Assembly (NCBI GenBank): GCA_963662435.1
Contig: OY759598.1
Span: 1,024,507 to 1,088,506 of the forward strand
DNA from: Dehalococcoidia bacterium
Lineage (GTDB): Bacteria; Chloroflexota; Dehalococcoidia; Lucifugimonadales; VXLM01
Reading direction: 5' to 3'
DNA: 64,000 nt
Part shown: positions 18,247 through 27,492 of the stretch, one piece after another
Layout: each line of letters begins with the position of its first letter
How positions within the stretch are numbered: position 1 is the stretch's first letter
Notes under the pieces: model-generated
Told to the model about the DNA's origin: nothing
Database searches by the model: none
What the model saw: only the letters and a program-made list of their open reading frames with translations
Translations under genes and position numbers: made by a program

Positions 18247-19873
18247 CGCTTACGCCGCCGTCCTGATTGTTCGTGTCGCCTTCTCCGTCCGTAGAACCGC
18301 TATCCGCTTGGACGCTCGCCTTGAGCTTTGCGAGGTTGAAGTCATCGGACACCTCGTCTCCCCCAAACCGCCGTTCCTCTATGTAGGGAAGAACACTGTG
18401 CTTCCATATGCGCTCAGCCATTGCGTCGTCAAGCCCGTCCTTCATGAAATAGCTTGGCCCAATGGCGGCGTGCCGGTCGTCTTTGAGGAGTTCGTTAGCA
18501 CGTTCGACAACGTCGGCGACCCACATAACCTCGGTCATATCCTTCGCTTCCAGCCAGCGACGGAGCACACCCCTCACAGGCTCTTCGTCCGGGTGGAATT
18601 CCACGAAGTAGAACCGCCGTCGCAGCGCAAGATCGACGAGTGCTATCGACCGGTCCGCCGTATTCATAGTCCCGATGATGTACAGGTTGGATGGCAAGGA
18701 AAACTTCCCTTCGTCCTCGTCCCGCTGGTACTGAAGCGTGATTTCTTCGTCGCGGTACTCCAGCAGGAAATACAGCTCCCCAAACACCTTGGCAAGATTG
18801 CCTCGGTTAATCTCGTCGATGATCAGAAAGTGCTTCACATTCCGTTCTTCGTCTTGCCGCGCGCTCTCGGCGGCCTGTAGCAGGGGCCCGTCCTTCAACT
18901 CGAATCCAGCCTGCCCATCCTCTGATACCTTCGGACGAAAGCCCCGCACAAAATCCTCGTAGGCATATGACGGGTGAAACTGCACGAGCGTCACCCGCTC
19001 ATCCGACCCCGCAAGATGCTTCGCCAGCTTCTGCGCAACGTAGGTCTTCCCCGTGCCCGGCGGCCCCTGAAAGATGACCTGCTTCTTGTCGTCGAGGAGC
19101 GCCTTGATTTCGTGGAGGAAGCCTTCGGGTTCCGTGAGGAACAGTTCTTCGGCGAGAGACTTGAGATCAGGGAGAGGTGATGACGGCGATAGAGTAATTT
19201 GAGAGACTTCCTCTTCGCTGTCCGGGAGATTCCAGAATTCGGGGTACTTACTCATCCAAACCACACCTTGTGCGTCGAGGCGGTGTCGCAACCGTAGTCC
19301 ACGTTTCTCTGCCTCTTCGATCAGTTGATCGAGGAAGCCAAGAGCGTGGATATACAGTGCTGCCTCATCCGCCCCTGACTGAGGGTTACCGTACCGGGTG
19401 AGTTTGTATATCTTGTGGAAAGCCTGTGTTTGGTACCATGGATACTTCTCAACGCCCAGCCCCATCAGCAAGGCCGACACAATAGTCGTGCGGATTCCCA
19501 CCGAGCCTCCTCTTGCCGCTTCCGGGGGGAGCTTGTTGGCAAAAGTGCGGATGCGTTCGGCAAGCGACGAGTTGTTTTCCGTCTCCTTTGCCCAGAGACC
19601 CTGCAGCGCACTCAAAGCCACTTCCGAATTATTGGTATACCAACCGCGGAAGTGAGCTAAGATTCGCCAAGAAACCGGGTGGTTGGGCTTGAGAGCTTTG
19701 GTTAGTAGATTTGGCCAGTCGTCAGTACCCTTAAGGACAGCTTCTCTCGCTACTTCGATTTCCTCGAAAATATCGACTTTGTAGTCAATCTCACCTGCTT
19801 TCAGGCTGCCGGAGACGACACTAGCTTTGGCGCGTCTGATGAACTCGTCCCAAGGGTTGCTTTCTACCATCAT
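18233..19873 (-). CDS. mcrB: McrB-family AAA+ GTPase
   Basis: GPPGTGKT, VQFHPSYAYEDFV, IIDEINRGN, MNTADRS, LRRRF. Confidence 0.93.
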   Translation of the reverse strand: MMVESNPWDEFIRRAKASVVSGSLKAGEIDYKVDIFEEIEVAREAVLKGTDDWPNLLTKALKPNHPVSWRILAHFRGWYTNNSEVALSALQGLWAKETENNSSLAERIRTFANKLPPEAARGGSVGIRTTIVSALLMGLGVEKYPWYQTQAFHKIYKLTRYGNPQSGADEAALYIHALGFLDQLIEEAEKRGLRLRHRLDAQGVVWMSKYPEFWNLPDSEEEVSQITLSPSSPLPDLKSLAEELFLTEPEGFLHEIKALLDDKKQVIFQGPPGTGKTYVAQKLAKHLAGSDERVTLVQFHPSYAYEDFVRGFRPKVSEDGQAGFELKDGPLLQAAESARQDEERNVKHFLIIDEINRGNLAKVFGELYFLLEYRDEEITLQYQRDEDEGKFSLPSNLYIIGTMNTADRSIALVDLALRRRFYFVEFHPDEEPVRGVLRRWLEAKDMTEVMWVADVVERANELLKDDRHAAIGPSYFMKDGLDDAMAERIWKHSVLPYIEERRFGGDEVSDDFNLAKLKASVQADSGSTDGEGDTNNQDGGVSDASD

Positions 19874-19991
19874 TCCTCCTGCACGGCGTTGTGTGTGGCC
19901 GCTGTGATTCTAGTATAGTGAGTGAACGTGAGGCGGGCGGTCACGACCCGTGGAACGGGCTTATCATGGGAGCGTTTTCACCTACGAGAAC

Positions 19992-20020
19992 TTGACAACG
20001 CCGGGTCTCAGTCGTAACCT
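19992..20020 (+). promoter_or_regulatory. Sigma70-type promoter with no + strand ORF directly downstream
   Basis: TTGACA (19992-19997), 17-bp spacer, TAACCT (20015-20020). Confidence 0.65.
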
Positions 20021-20026
20021 ATACTT

Positions 20027-20098
20027 GTAAGTGCGGAGTGCCCGGATCACGTGTTTCCTGTCTACAGGAGGGACGCCGGTCATAGCCGCACTCTTCCC
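20027..20098 (+). ncRNA. Candidate DUF3800-associated structured RNA
   Basis: Nested stems AGTGCGG/CCGCACT, CCGG/CCGG, CGT/ACG, TCCTG-TCTA-CAGGA starting at the predicted TSS. Confidence 0.6.
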
Positions 20099-20110
20099 AA
20101 GAATCCATCC

Positions 20111-20923
20111 TCACCATTCCCCCTTCCAGACTGTGAACCTAGACGGTGCATTCCATTGACTAAGGAACTTGTCGCGAGGTAGCAGGGCGTCTCCCTGTCC
20201 CATCCCCAGCCTTCGTTTCAAGAAATCCGTCAATTGTCCCTTTGCCTGCGCTCTCTTAGACGTGGAATTGTAGAAACCCGTATGGTTTTTGATGTCAAAC
20301 TGCACGCACCCCAGAAGCACATCCACGATCTGCAAGTAAATGGACATGTCGGATGTGGCTCTCAAACACCCTTTCACCGAAGGAACCGTGCATAGAACGT
20401 CTTCAAGATGCGCGTCCGACTTCTTTGGTTCCCCCTGCAGGTCCACGATTGCGAACACGTCCCGTGTCAGCCGCTTCTCCAACAGCGTCCTGACGAAGTG
20501 CGCGTACGCCGCCCATTCGTTATTGTCCCATCTTGCCAGTCCGGCTTTGGGATCGAGCCTATTGAGCATCAGACAATGGAATTCGAAGCTTGAGAACGAG
20601 AAGTATAAATTGAGGATATTTATGTATTGCTGAAGGTTGGATCTGGTGACCTCGCTAAATTTGTACTCGTGATGCCTCGTCGACCACATCATGCGATCGA
20701 CCTCCTCCACTGTTGGGAGAATGTCTCTTGCCTGGATATCCCTTCTGATCTCCTTGCGTTTCGTTGCCCGATCTTGAATAAAGTTGTAGTGCAATCGATA
20801 AAAGCTGTCGGTTATCTTGCTCGTCTCGGGCACGACAAGTATTCCAATGCCATAGATTGGTTGTTCCCGAACCGATCCGTTCAAAACGCCGGTCTCGTCT
20901 ATAAACACGGGGCAGACTTCCAT
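20111..20923 (-). CDS. DUF3800-family protein
   Basis: N-terminal FIDETG, central HEYKFS, C-terminal LQIVDVLLG; ATG 20923 just after the aminotransferase stop. Confidence 0.8.
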   Translation of the reverse strand: MEVCPVFIDETGVLNGSVREQPIYGIGILVVPETSKITDSFYRLHYNFIQDRATKRKEIRRDIQARDILPTVEEVDRMMWSTRHHEYKFSEVTRSNLQQYINILNLYFSFSSFEFHCLMLNRLDPKAGLARWDNNEWAAYAHFVRTLLEKRLTRDVFAIVDLQGEPKKSDAHLEDVLCTVPSVKGCLRATSDMSIYLQIVDVLLGCVQFDIKNHTGFYNSTSKRAQAKGQLTDFLKRRLGMGQGDALLPRDKFLSQWNAPSRFTVWKGEW

Positions 20924-20930
20924 AACTGAC

Positions 20931-22112
20931 CTACCCCGCCGCCTCGAACGCCGCCCGGAACCCCTCCAACGACCCTTCCAGCGTCGCGTCGCTGACGCAG
21001 TACGAGATGCGGAAGTGACCCGGTCCTCCGAATCCACTTCCCGGGACCACCAGGACGCGATTCTCTCTGAGCATGCCGGTGAACTTCACGTCGTCGTCGA
21101 TGGGGGCCTTCGGGAACATGTAGAACGCGCCCTGGGGCTTTACGACCTCATAGCCAATGTCCGTGAGGGCTCCATGCATGAAGTCGCGTTGAGCCTCGTA
21201 CGTGGCAACGTCTACCGTCACCGACTGCAGGTTCTTGACGATGTACTGCATCAGCGCGGGAGCGTTGACGAAGCCCAGAGTGCGGTTGCTGAACGTGAGT
21301 CCGTCCATGAGTTCTTCCCTGTCTGAGTACCTAGGGTTAACGGCGATGAACCCGATGCGCTCTCCGGGCAGGGCGAGGTCCTTGGAGTGCGACGTGGCCA
21401 CGATGCTGCGAACGTGGTGCTCGAAAATGTGGGGGTACTCAAGGCCGTCGAACAGGATCTTGCGGTAAGGCTCGTCGCTGACGAGAAACACTTCCGTTCC
21501 CAATTCGGCTTCCCGTTTACGAATGACCTCGCCCATCTCGGCAAGCACTTCCCGGCTGTACACCACTCCGGTCGGGTTATTCGGCGAACTGGTCAGAACG
21601 ATCCGAGTCTTGGGGCCGATGGCGTCCGCCAGGGCATCGAGATCGGGCAGGAAGTTCTCGTCGGCCGGGACAACCTTGCACGTCGCCCCGTGGTTGTCGG
21701 CATAGAAGAAATACTCGACGAAGTATGGGGCGAAGATTACAACCTCGTCTCCCGGATCGAGTAGTGTGTGCAACACGACGTTGAGCCCTCCGCCTGCCCC
21801 TACCGTCATGAGAATCTCGTCGGCGGTGAAGGGTAGGGCGGTCTCCTTGCTCAGCTCTTCGGCGACGGCAGCGCGTGTATCAACGTGTCCAGCATTGGGC
21901 ATGTATCGGTGAACGCCGGGAGTCGGGTCTTCTGCGAACCGGCGCAGCTCGTCATAGAACTCCGGCGGCGGCTGCATGATCGGGTTGCCGAGCGACAGGT
22001 CGAAAACGTTCTCCTCACCGTACTCCTGCTTCAGCGCGATGCCCTCCTCGAACATTCGCCGGATCCACGAGCCCTGCTCCATGAACTGCTTGATCTTCCT
22101 GGACACCGCCAT
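20931..22112 (-). CDS. Class I PLP aminotransferase (aspartate aminotransferase-like)
   Basis: SPNNPTG, SDEPYR, SHSKDLALPGERIG; RBS GGAGG. Confidence 0.92.
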   Translation of the reverse strand: MAVSRKIKQFMEQGSWIRRMFEEGIALKQEYGEENVFDLSLGNPIMQPPPEFYDELRRFAEDPTPGVHRYMPNAGHVDTRAAVAEELSKETALPFTADEILMTVGAGGGLNVVLHTLLDPGDEVVIFAPYFVEYFFYADNHGATCKVVPADENFLPDLDALADAIGPKTRIVLTSSPNNPTGVVYSREVLAEMGEVIRKREAELGTEVFLVSDEPYRKILFDGLEYPHIFEHHVRSIVATSHSKDLALPGERIGFIAVNPRYSDREELMDGLTFSNRTLGFVNAPALMQYIVKNLQSVTVDVATYEAQRDFMHGALTDIGYEVVKPQGAFYMFPKAPIDDDVKFTGMLRENRVLVVPGSGFGGPGHFRISYCVSDATLEGSLEGFRAAFEAAG

Positions 22113-22219
22113 TGCCTTCACCTCCCAAGTCCTGACTGAAGGGCGAATGTATCAACGGGGAGAAGAGATGGCAAGTGAAAGCAGGGAGTATCAGAAGGCG
22201 GGCAGGGCCTCTCCATAGG

Positions 22220-22282
22220 CCGTTCACGCTGAGTCTGTCGACGTATGAACGGACGACCCTTTGACAAGCTCGGGGCGAACGA
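22220..22282. repeat. Degenerate inverted REP-A pair
   Basis: CCGTTCACGCTGAGTCTGTCGA ... CCCTTTGACAAGCTCGGGGCGAACG. Confidence 0.6.
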
Positions 22283-22382
22283 ATGGGACAGCCCACCTAC
22301 GACATTGGAAAGGCCGTGGTTCTGGAGTACCCGACTGATACGGCGGTTCCCCCCGTGCTACAATGTGGACACCGGTTGAACG

Positions 22383-23579
22383 ATGGATAATTCGACGAAA
22401 ACCATCTACATGGACCATGCCGCCACGACTCCTGTGCGCCCCGAGGCGCTGGAGGCGATGCTGCCTTACTTCGGCGTCAGTTTCGGCAACCCGTCCGGCA
22501 TCTACACGCTTGCCCAGGAGGGACGCAAGGCCGTAGACGACGCCCGCGAAACGGTGGGTCAGGTGCTCGGCGCCCGCATGAGCGAGGTGGTCTTCACCAG
22601 CGGCGGGACGGAGTCGGACAACACCGCTATCAGGGGGGCGGCCCTGGCGCTCAAGAGCACCGGCAATCACATCATCACAACCGGTATTGAGCACCACGCC
22701 GTGCTCCACACGTGCCACTCCCTCGAACAGTCCGGATTCGACGTGACATACCTTGACGTCGATTCGGACGGGCTGGTCGATCCCGACGAAGTTGGCAGGG
22801 CGATCACCGACCGGACCGTCGTTGTCAGCGTCATGTACGCCAACAACGAGATCGGCACCGTGCAGCCCATTCCGGACATATCGAATGTCGTCTCGTCCGA
22901 GGCCAAACGGCGGAGGCGCACCATCGTCATGCACACCGACGCCGTGCAGGGCGCGGGATATCTCGACCTCAACGCCCGTTCGCTCGAAGTGGACATGCTG
23001 AGCTTGTCGGCACACAAGATCAAGGGACCCAAGGGAGTCGGCGTTCTCTTCGTACGTCGCGGAACTCCCCTCGAGGCCCAGCAGACGGGTGGGGGACAGG
23101 AACGCCAGCGACGCTCCGGAACGGAAAATGTGCCCGGTATCGTAGGAGCAGCCGTTGCACTGAGCATGGCGGAGGCCGAGCGCGACGAGGCTGTTGCCCA
23201 CACGAGCCGGCTGCGCGACCGAATCGTGCAATCGATATTCGAGCGTGTCGACAAGGTACGGCTGAACGGCCACAGCACTCGGCGCCTGCCCAATAACGCC
23301 AACCTGTCCTTCGACCATATCGAGGGCGAACCGGTCCTGCTCGGACTCGATCTGGCAGGAATCAGCGCTTCGAGCGGCAGCGCGTGTTCGTCTGCGTCAC
23401 TTGAACCGTCACACGTGCTCACTGCCATCGGCCTGACGGCCGAACAGGCGCAGGGTAGCCTGCGCATAACGCTCGGCCTGGACAACACCGACGAGGAGGT
23501 CGACTACCTGCTCGACGTCCTGCCGGGGCTCGTCCACAAGCTGAGGGGAATGCCCTCCCTCTCGGCGGTCGGAGGATAA
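22383..23579 (+). CDS. iscS: Cysteine desulfurase, IscS/NifS family
   Basis: [43 protein letters not shown]. Confidence 0.93.
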   Translation: MDNSTKTIYMDHAATTPVRPEALEAMLPYFGVSFGNPSGIYTLAQEGRKAVDDARETVGQVLGARMSEVVFTSGGTESDNTAIRGAALALKSTGNHIITTGIEHHAVLHTCHSLEQSGFDVTYLDVDSDGLVDPDEVGRAITDRTVVVSVMYANNEIGTVQPIPDISNVVSSEAKRRRRTIVMHTDAVQGAGYLDLNARSLEVDMLSLSAHKIKGPKGVGVLFVRRGTPLEAQQTGGGQERQRRSGTENVPGIVGAAVALSMAEAERDEAVAHTSRLRDRIVQSIFERVDKVRLNGHSTRRLPNNANLSFDHIEGEPVLLGLDLAGISASSGSACSSASLEPSHVLTAIGLTAEQAQGSLRITLGLDNTDEEVDYLLDVLPGLVHKLRGMPSLSAVGG

Positions 23580-23672
23580 ACCCCTTCACCAATCGAGGCA
23601 TCTAATCCACAGAGGCGTGGCGATTAGTGTCCTGTATCGGGAGATTCATTGAACAGATCAGCGCGCGAAAAT

Positions 23673-23710
23673 CCTCTCTCCCGTCGTGGGAGAGGGCTAG
23701 GGTGAGGGTG
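23673..23710. repeat. REP-like D-type repeat
   Basis: CCTCTCTCCCGTCGTGGGAGAGGGCTAGGGTGAGGG. Confidence 0.65.
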
Positions 23711-23832
23711 ATTCCCCTCGAAACACGCCCATTCACCTTACACACCGAACTTCAAAAACAGTAATCTGGAAAGGCTCCCTGCAAATCAGGGCAGTCGCTC
23801 CGCCGAATAATCACAATCGAACTGGAGGAATC

Positions 23833-24159
23833 ATGGCACATCCAACCGAAGTAACGGACGCGACATTTGAAGACGAGGTCATCAACTCAGACATCCCCGT
23901 ACTCGTGGACTTCTGGGCCGACTGGTGCGGACCCTGCAAGATGATCGCGCCCATTGTGAACGACCTCTCCGAGGAGTACGACGGCAGGATAAAGGTCGCC
24001 AAGCTGGACGTGGACGCGAGTCCCCAGGCCGCGATGAAGTACGGCGTGCGCAGCATCCCCACGCTCCTCATATTCAAGGGCGGCAGCCCCGTCGACACCA
24101 TCATAGGCGCCGTGCCGCGAGGCAAGCTCAAGGGCGCGATGGAAGCCGCGCTTAGCTAA
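23833..24159 (+). CDS. trxA: Thioredoxin
   Basis: VDFWADWCGPCKMIAP. Confidence 0.97.
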   Translation: MAHPTEVTDATFEDEVINSDIPVLVDFWADWCGPCKMIAPIVNDLSEEYDGRIKVAKLDVDASPQAAMKYGVRSIPTLLIFKGGSPVDTIIGAVPRGKLKGAMEAALS

Positions 24160-24174
24160 CCTACACGCAAAATA

Positions 24175-24216
24175 CGGGCAGGGGGACCTTGAATCTGTCC
24201 TCCTGCCCGCGCTTTT
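24175..24216 (+). terminator. Hairpin after trxA
   Basis: CGGGCAGGGGGAC ... GTCCTCCTGCCCG then CGCTTTT. Confidence 0.55.
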
Positions 24217-24236
24217 GCACCACACTCACACCTCGC

Positions 24237-24334
24237 GGGAGCGGATGGGCTCCGGTGGGCCCTGCGGTCTTCAAAATCGTTGGTCCCGGTGCTTCCACCG
24301 GGACGGTGGGTTCGACTCCCTCGCGCTCCCGCCA
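24237..24334 (+). tRNA. selC: tRNA-Sec (anticodon UCA)
   Basis: 98 nt, anticodon loop CT-TCA-AA, long variable arm GTCCCGGTG..CACCGGGAC, GTTCGAC, ends GCCA. Confidence 0.95.
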
Positions 24335-24421
24335 CTTTTTCCTGATTCCAGCCCTATCCGTCTGCCCTTCGACAGGTTGTTTGCATCGGACCTGAGTGGG
24401 CGCACGCGGGCTTTCCAGTCG

Positions 24422-24655
24422 ATGGTGGGCGGCGGAATGTTGCTCAGTCTGGAAAGTGATCGTTTCTGCTTCACGTGCGGGCCCGATGTAGGACTTCCCG
24501 TCCATGCCCGGCCCGCGTTCAGTAGGTCTACATGGTGTGGCCTGCCAGTCGTTCACGTAGCGTTCTCCCTGGACGCCGACGAAGTCTCGTGCGCTCGGTG
24601 TAGGGCATTGCAGGGGCAGCGACGCGAACACCCGAAGGCGGCCACCATAGCTTAG
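24422..24655 (+). CDS. Small Cys/His-rich putative Zn-binding protein
   Basis: CFTC...H...TWCG...VSCARC; 3' part of track ORF 24215..24655 (start 24422 or 24437). Confidence 0.45.
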   Translation: MVGGGMLLSLESDRFCFTCGPDVGLPVHARPAFSRSTWCGLPVVHVAFSLDADEVSCARCRALQGQRREHPKAATIA

Positions 24656-24817
24656 GACTCATTGACTCTGAGGAGGTCCGCAGGGTCGCGGATTTCTCTA
24701 CACCTGTTCATTTTGGTCACTCTCCACTATTTCATCTAGACAGGGTAGGATACTTTGTTAGTATAGTGTGATAGAAAGTGTGTTATAGTTTATGTATCAC
24801 TCTCTACAGAGGTAGCC

Positions 24818-25243
24818 ATGAGCAAAAGCGGCGCGGAGTACCAAAAGCATCAGTTAAATATCTGGCCTGAGGACCAACGGGCAATTAGACAGATCGCCCT
24901 CAGTATGCAGAGATTCGGGTACTTGCAAGGAAATCCTATCGTCCTTTACGAAGGCAAGATACTTGATGGATGGCTTCGCTATCTTGCCGCCCAGAAAGCG
25001 AGAGTCGAACCATCTTTCACGACCTTCGAGGGTAGCCGTGATGATGCGTGGGAGTACTCGCTAAGCGTTAACACTGTCCGCAAACACTACACCAAAAGGG
25101 ACCTTGTCGAGATGTCTCTTAGCCTTCGACGCATGGTCGAGGACCCCGATTTCTACGGTGTTGGTACGGATGAAGAGATCGCTGTCCTGTCCGGATGTTC
25201 TGTGAGCTACGTCAAGCAGGTGAAAGTGAGTATGGCGCCATGA
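24818..25243 (+). CDS. ParB/Spo0J N-terminal-like protein with C-terminal HTH (phage/island type)
   Basis: SMQRFGYLQGNPIVLYEGKILDGWLRYLAA..SVNTVRKHYT; TDEEIAVLSGCSVSYV; RBS GAGG. Confidence 0.75.
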   Translation: MSKSGAEYQKHQLNIWPEDQRAIRQIALSMQRFGYLQGNPIVLYEGKILDGWLRYLAAQKARVEPSFTTFEGSRDDAWEYSLSVNTVRKHYTKRDLVEMSLSLRRMVEDPDFYGVGTDEEIAVLSGCSVSYVKQVKVSMAP

Positions 25244-25328
25244 GAACAGTAAACCAGCAAGGCGGATTTTCTCACAGACTCTCAGAAACGCCGTGTAGGG
25301 CAAGAAGAATGACAGGAGTCAAGAAAGT

Positions 25329-25721
25329 ATGGATAGCTCGCTAGCCGAGACTTTGTTTGTGCCGTGGTGGAAGGTGATTCTGTACGGTCTTGCCATTGCA
25401 ATTTCAATAGTGGCCATTCGGGTTAGTATCAAATTTGATCTGAACGAGTGGTTGAATCGAAGAAGAGAGGGTAGGCTGCTAAAGGAGAGACACAAGATCG
25501 TCGACCAGTGCAGGCATGGGTGGACATTGTACCCCAGTAGTCCTTTCTCAACTTGCAATGGGTGCCAAGCCTGGATTTCTACACCTATCTTATTGACAGC
25601 GCGTCAGTTGGGCGATGTTAAGCCTATGATTTTGGCCGAGTATCAAGGGGCCGTCCTTAGGTCGAAAGGTGGACCGAAAGGCCCGATAGTCGTGAACGAC
25701 TACATCGGCCGAAGAGATTGA
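25329..25721 (+). CDS. Hypothetical membrane-anchored protein with CxH...CxxC motif
   Basis: N-terminal TM helix; QCRHGW...CNGC. Confidence 0.65.
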   Translation: MDSSLAETLFVPWWKVILYGLAIAISIVAIRVSIKFDLNEWLNRRREGRLLKERHKIVDQCRHGWTLYPSSPFSTCNGCQAWISTPILLTARQLGDVKPMILAEYQGAVLRSKGGPKGPIVVNDYIGRRD

Positions 25722-26168
25722 AGCTGTCATACCTTTACGAGCAGTCTGGGCACACTGGCAACAAGGTTGTAACCGGCGATTCCGTCTAGTGGGACTGTCC
25801 ATTTTGGACAGGGGCACACCAGTCACAAAGTGATAACGGCTGTCAAAATACAATTGCCCAGGCGGGCCGCTCAAAATCCTCTAAACCCCTTGACAGACTG
25901 GCTCCGGGCATTTTGTGGCAGCCCTCGCGCTCCCGCCACCCCCCCTGCAAGCCCACCAGCCACCGACACACACGCGAAAGCGGGTATCCAATCCCCTCTC
26001 CCGTTCGAGAGTGCGGGTTGTCCCACCCCCCAACCACCACCCCCCTTCGCTGACAACAACTAGAACATTTCATAGAATTCCGATAGAATTCCCGTTCGAT
26101 TGGGTATCGTTCGTGCGAAATTCGTGGTAATGTGACTTATTAAGAACCCATTCAGGGGAGGGTTACCG

Positions 26169-27326
26169 ATGGTAAGCAACGGAAACGATCGGCCTGATAA
26201 TACCCACGAAGACCCGGTTCTCGTTGTCGTCCAGCTCAGCGGCGGCAACGACTTCATGAATACGGTGGTGCCGTACTCCGACCCGCACTACTACGACCAC
26301 CGTGCCACCCTCGGCGTCCCCGAGGACAACCTCATTCCTATCAATGAGGACCTGGCGTTCCACGGCAACGCCGCGCCGCTCAAGGAGTTCTGGGACGACG
26401 ACAAGCTGGCGATAGTGCAGGGAGTCGGCTACCCGAATTCCAGTCGGTCGCACTTCCGCAGCATGTACATCTGGCATACGTGCGAGCCCGACAAGATCTC
26501 TACAGAGGGCTGGCTCGGCATGACCACCGGCCAGATCGACCCCGACACGGAGAACGTCCTTACGTCCGTCAACTTCGGGAGGGGACTGCCCCAGGCGCTC
26601 GTGTCCAAGGGCGTGCCCGTCACGTCCGTCGGAAACCTCGACAACTACGGCCTGATGACCGGCCTCGACGACGAGGAAGACCGGAACGAGACCCTCGAAC
26701 GCTTCAAGGAGATGTACGCGCCCGCCGTCGGCACGGGAGCCGTGATGGACTACCTCTCGGAGACCGGCCTCGGCGTGCTGGACGGGGCGGGCGTGCTCAA
26801 GAAGGTGCCGGGGATGTACAAGTCGGATGTCGAGTACGGCGGCAACGAGATTGCGCGAGGCCTCAAGGACGTTGCGCGAGTCCACCTGGCAGACGTTGGG
26901 ACTCGCATCTTCTACACGAACCACAACAACTACGACACGCACTCGAACCAGGCGCCCACGCACACCACGCTCATAGGCGATCTCTCGCGGGCCATCATGG
27001 ACTTCTTCCAGGACCTGGAGGACCACGGCAAGGCCGACAATGTGGCCATGCTCGTGTTCACCGAGTTCGGACGAAGGGTTGCCGACAACGGCAGCGGGAC
27101 TGACCACGGCGCGGGCGGAGGCGCGTTCCTCATAGGGAACAAGGTCAAGGGTGGCCTCTACGCCGAGTATCCGTCACTTGCCCCGGGCGACCTGATCGAG
27201 GGCGAGGACTTGCAGCACACCTACGATTACCGGGGTATGTACGCCTCGATACTCGAACAGTGGATGGACGTTGACTCGAAGCCCATAGTAGGCGGCACCT
27301 TCGAGCAGATCCCCGTCTTCGCCTAG
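26169..27326 (+). CDS. DUF1501-family protein
   Basis: LVVVQLSGGND, VGYPNSSRSHFRS, YDTHSNQ, TEFGRR..NGSGTDHG. Confidence 0.9.
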   Translation: MVSNGNDRPDNTHEDPVLVVVQLSGGNDFMNTVVPYSDPHYYDHRATLGVPEDNLIPINEDLAFHGNAAPLKEFWDDDKLAIVQGVGYPNSSRSHFRSMYIWHTCEPDKISTEGWLGMTTGQIDPDTENVLTSVNFGRGLPQALVSKGVPVTSVGNLDNYGLMTGLDDEEDRNETLERFKEMYAPAVGTGAVMDYLSETGLGVLDGAGVLKKVPGMYKSDVEYGGNEIARGLKDVARVHLADVGTRIFYTNHNNYDTHSNQAPTHTTLIGDLSRAIMDFFQDLEDHGKADNVAMLVFTEFGRRVADNGSGTDHGAGGGAFLIGNKVKGGLYAEYPSLAPGDLIEGEDLQHTYDYRGMYASILEQWMDVDSKPIVGGTFEQIPVFA

Positions 27327-27492
27327 ATTCAGGACAACTCGGCAAGACTCCCGCCCACGCATAGTCTCTCCTCCAATGGGGGAGAGACTGACGCATCTCC
27401 CGTTCAGCCTGAGCAGCTTCACGCCCCGCGCCGAGTCCGTACCGGGGTGTCAGCAACTGCCATGCAATCACCTTTAGTCTCTCCCCCGCCGG

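Larger units (their letters stand above)
24318..25939. mobile_element. Small genomic islet integrated at selC, no integrase
   Basis: Exact 18-bp direct repeat CCCTCGCGCTCCCGCCAC at 24318-24335 and 25922-25939. Confidence 0.85.

Noticed and set aside
20924..21037. Arg-rich N-terminal extension of DUF3800 in the ORF track
   Set aside because: It overlaps the aminotransferase end and the family motif starts at ATG 20923. Similar false extensions were trimmed for pgk, apgM, purD, purB and 58971.
22383..25939. Selenoprotein genes near selC
   Set aside because: trxA has ordinary WCGPC and no ORF shows an in-frame UGA with continuing homology.
26060..26095. ATAGAATTCC tandem / possible SOS box
   Set aside because: Only two copies and no complete GAAC-N4-GTTC palindrome.
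26169..27326. DUF1501 without an adjacent DUF1800 partner
   Set aside because: Could simply reflect a partner elsewhere in the genome; nothing further is testable from this window.
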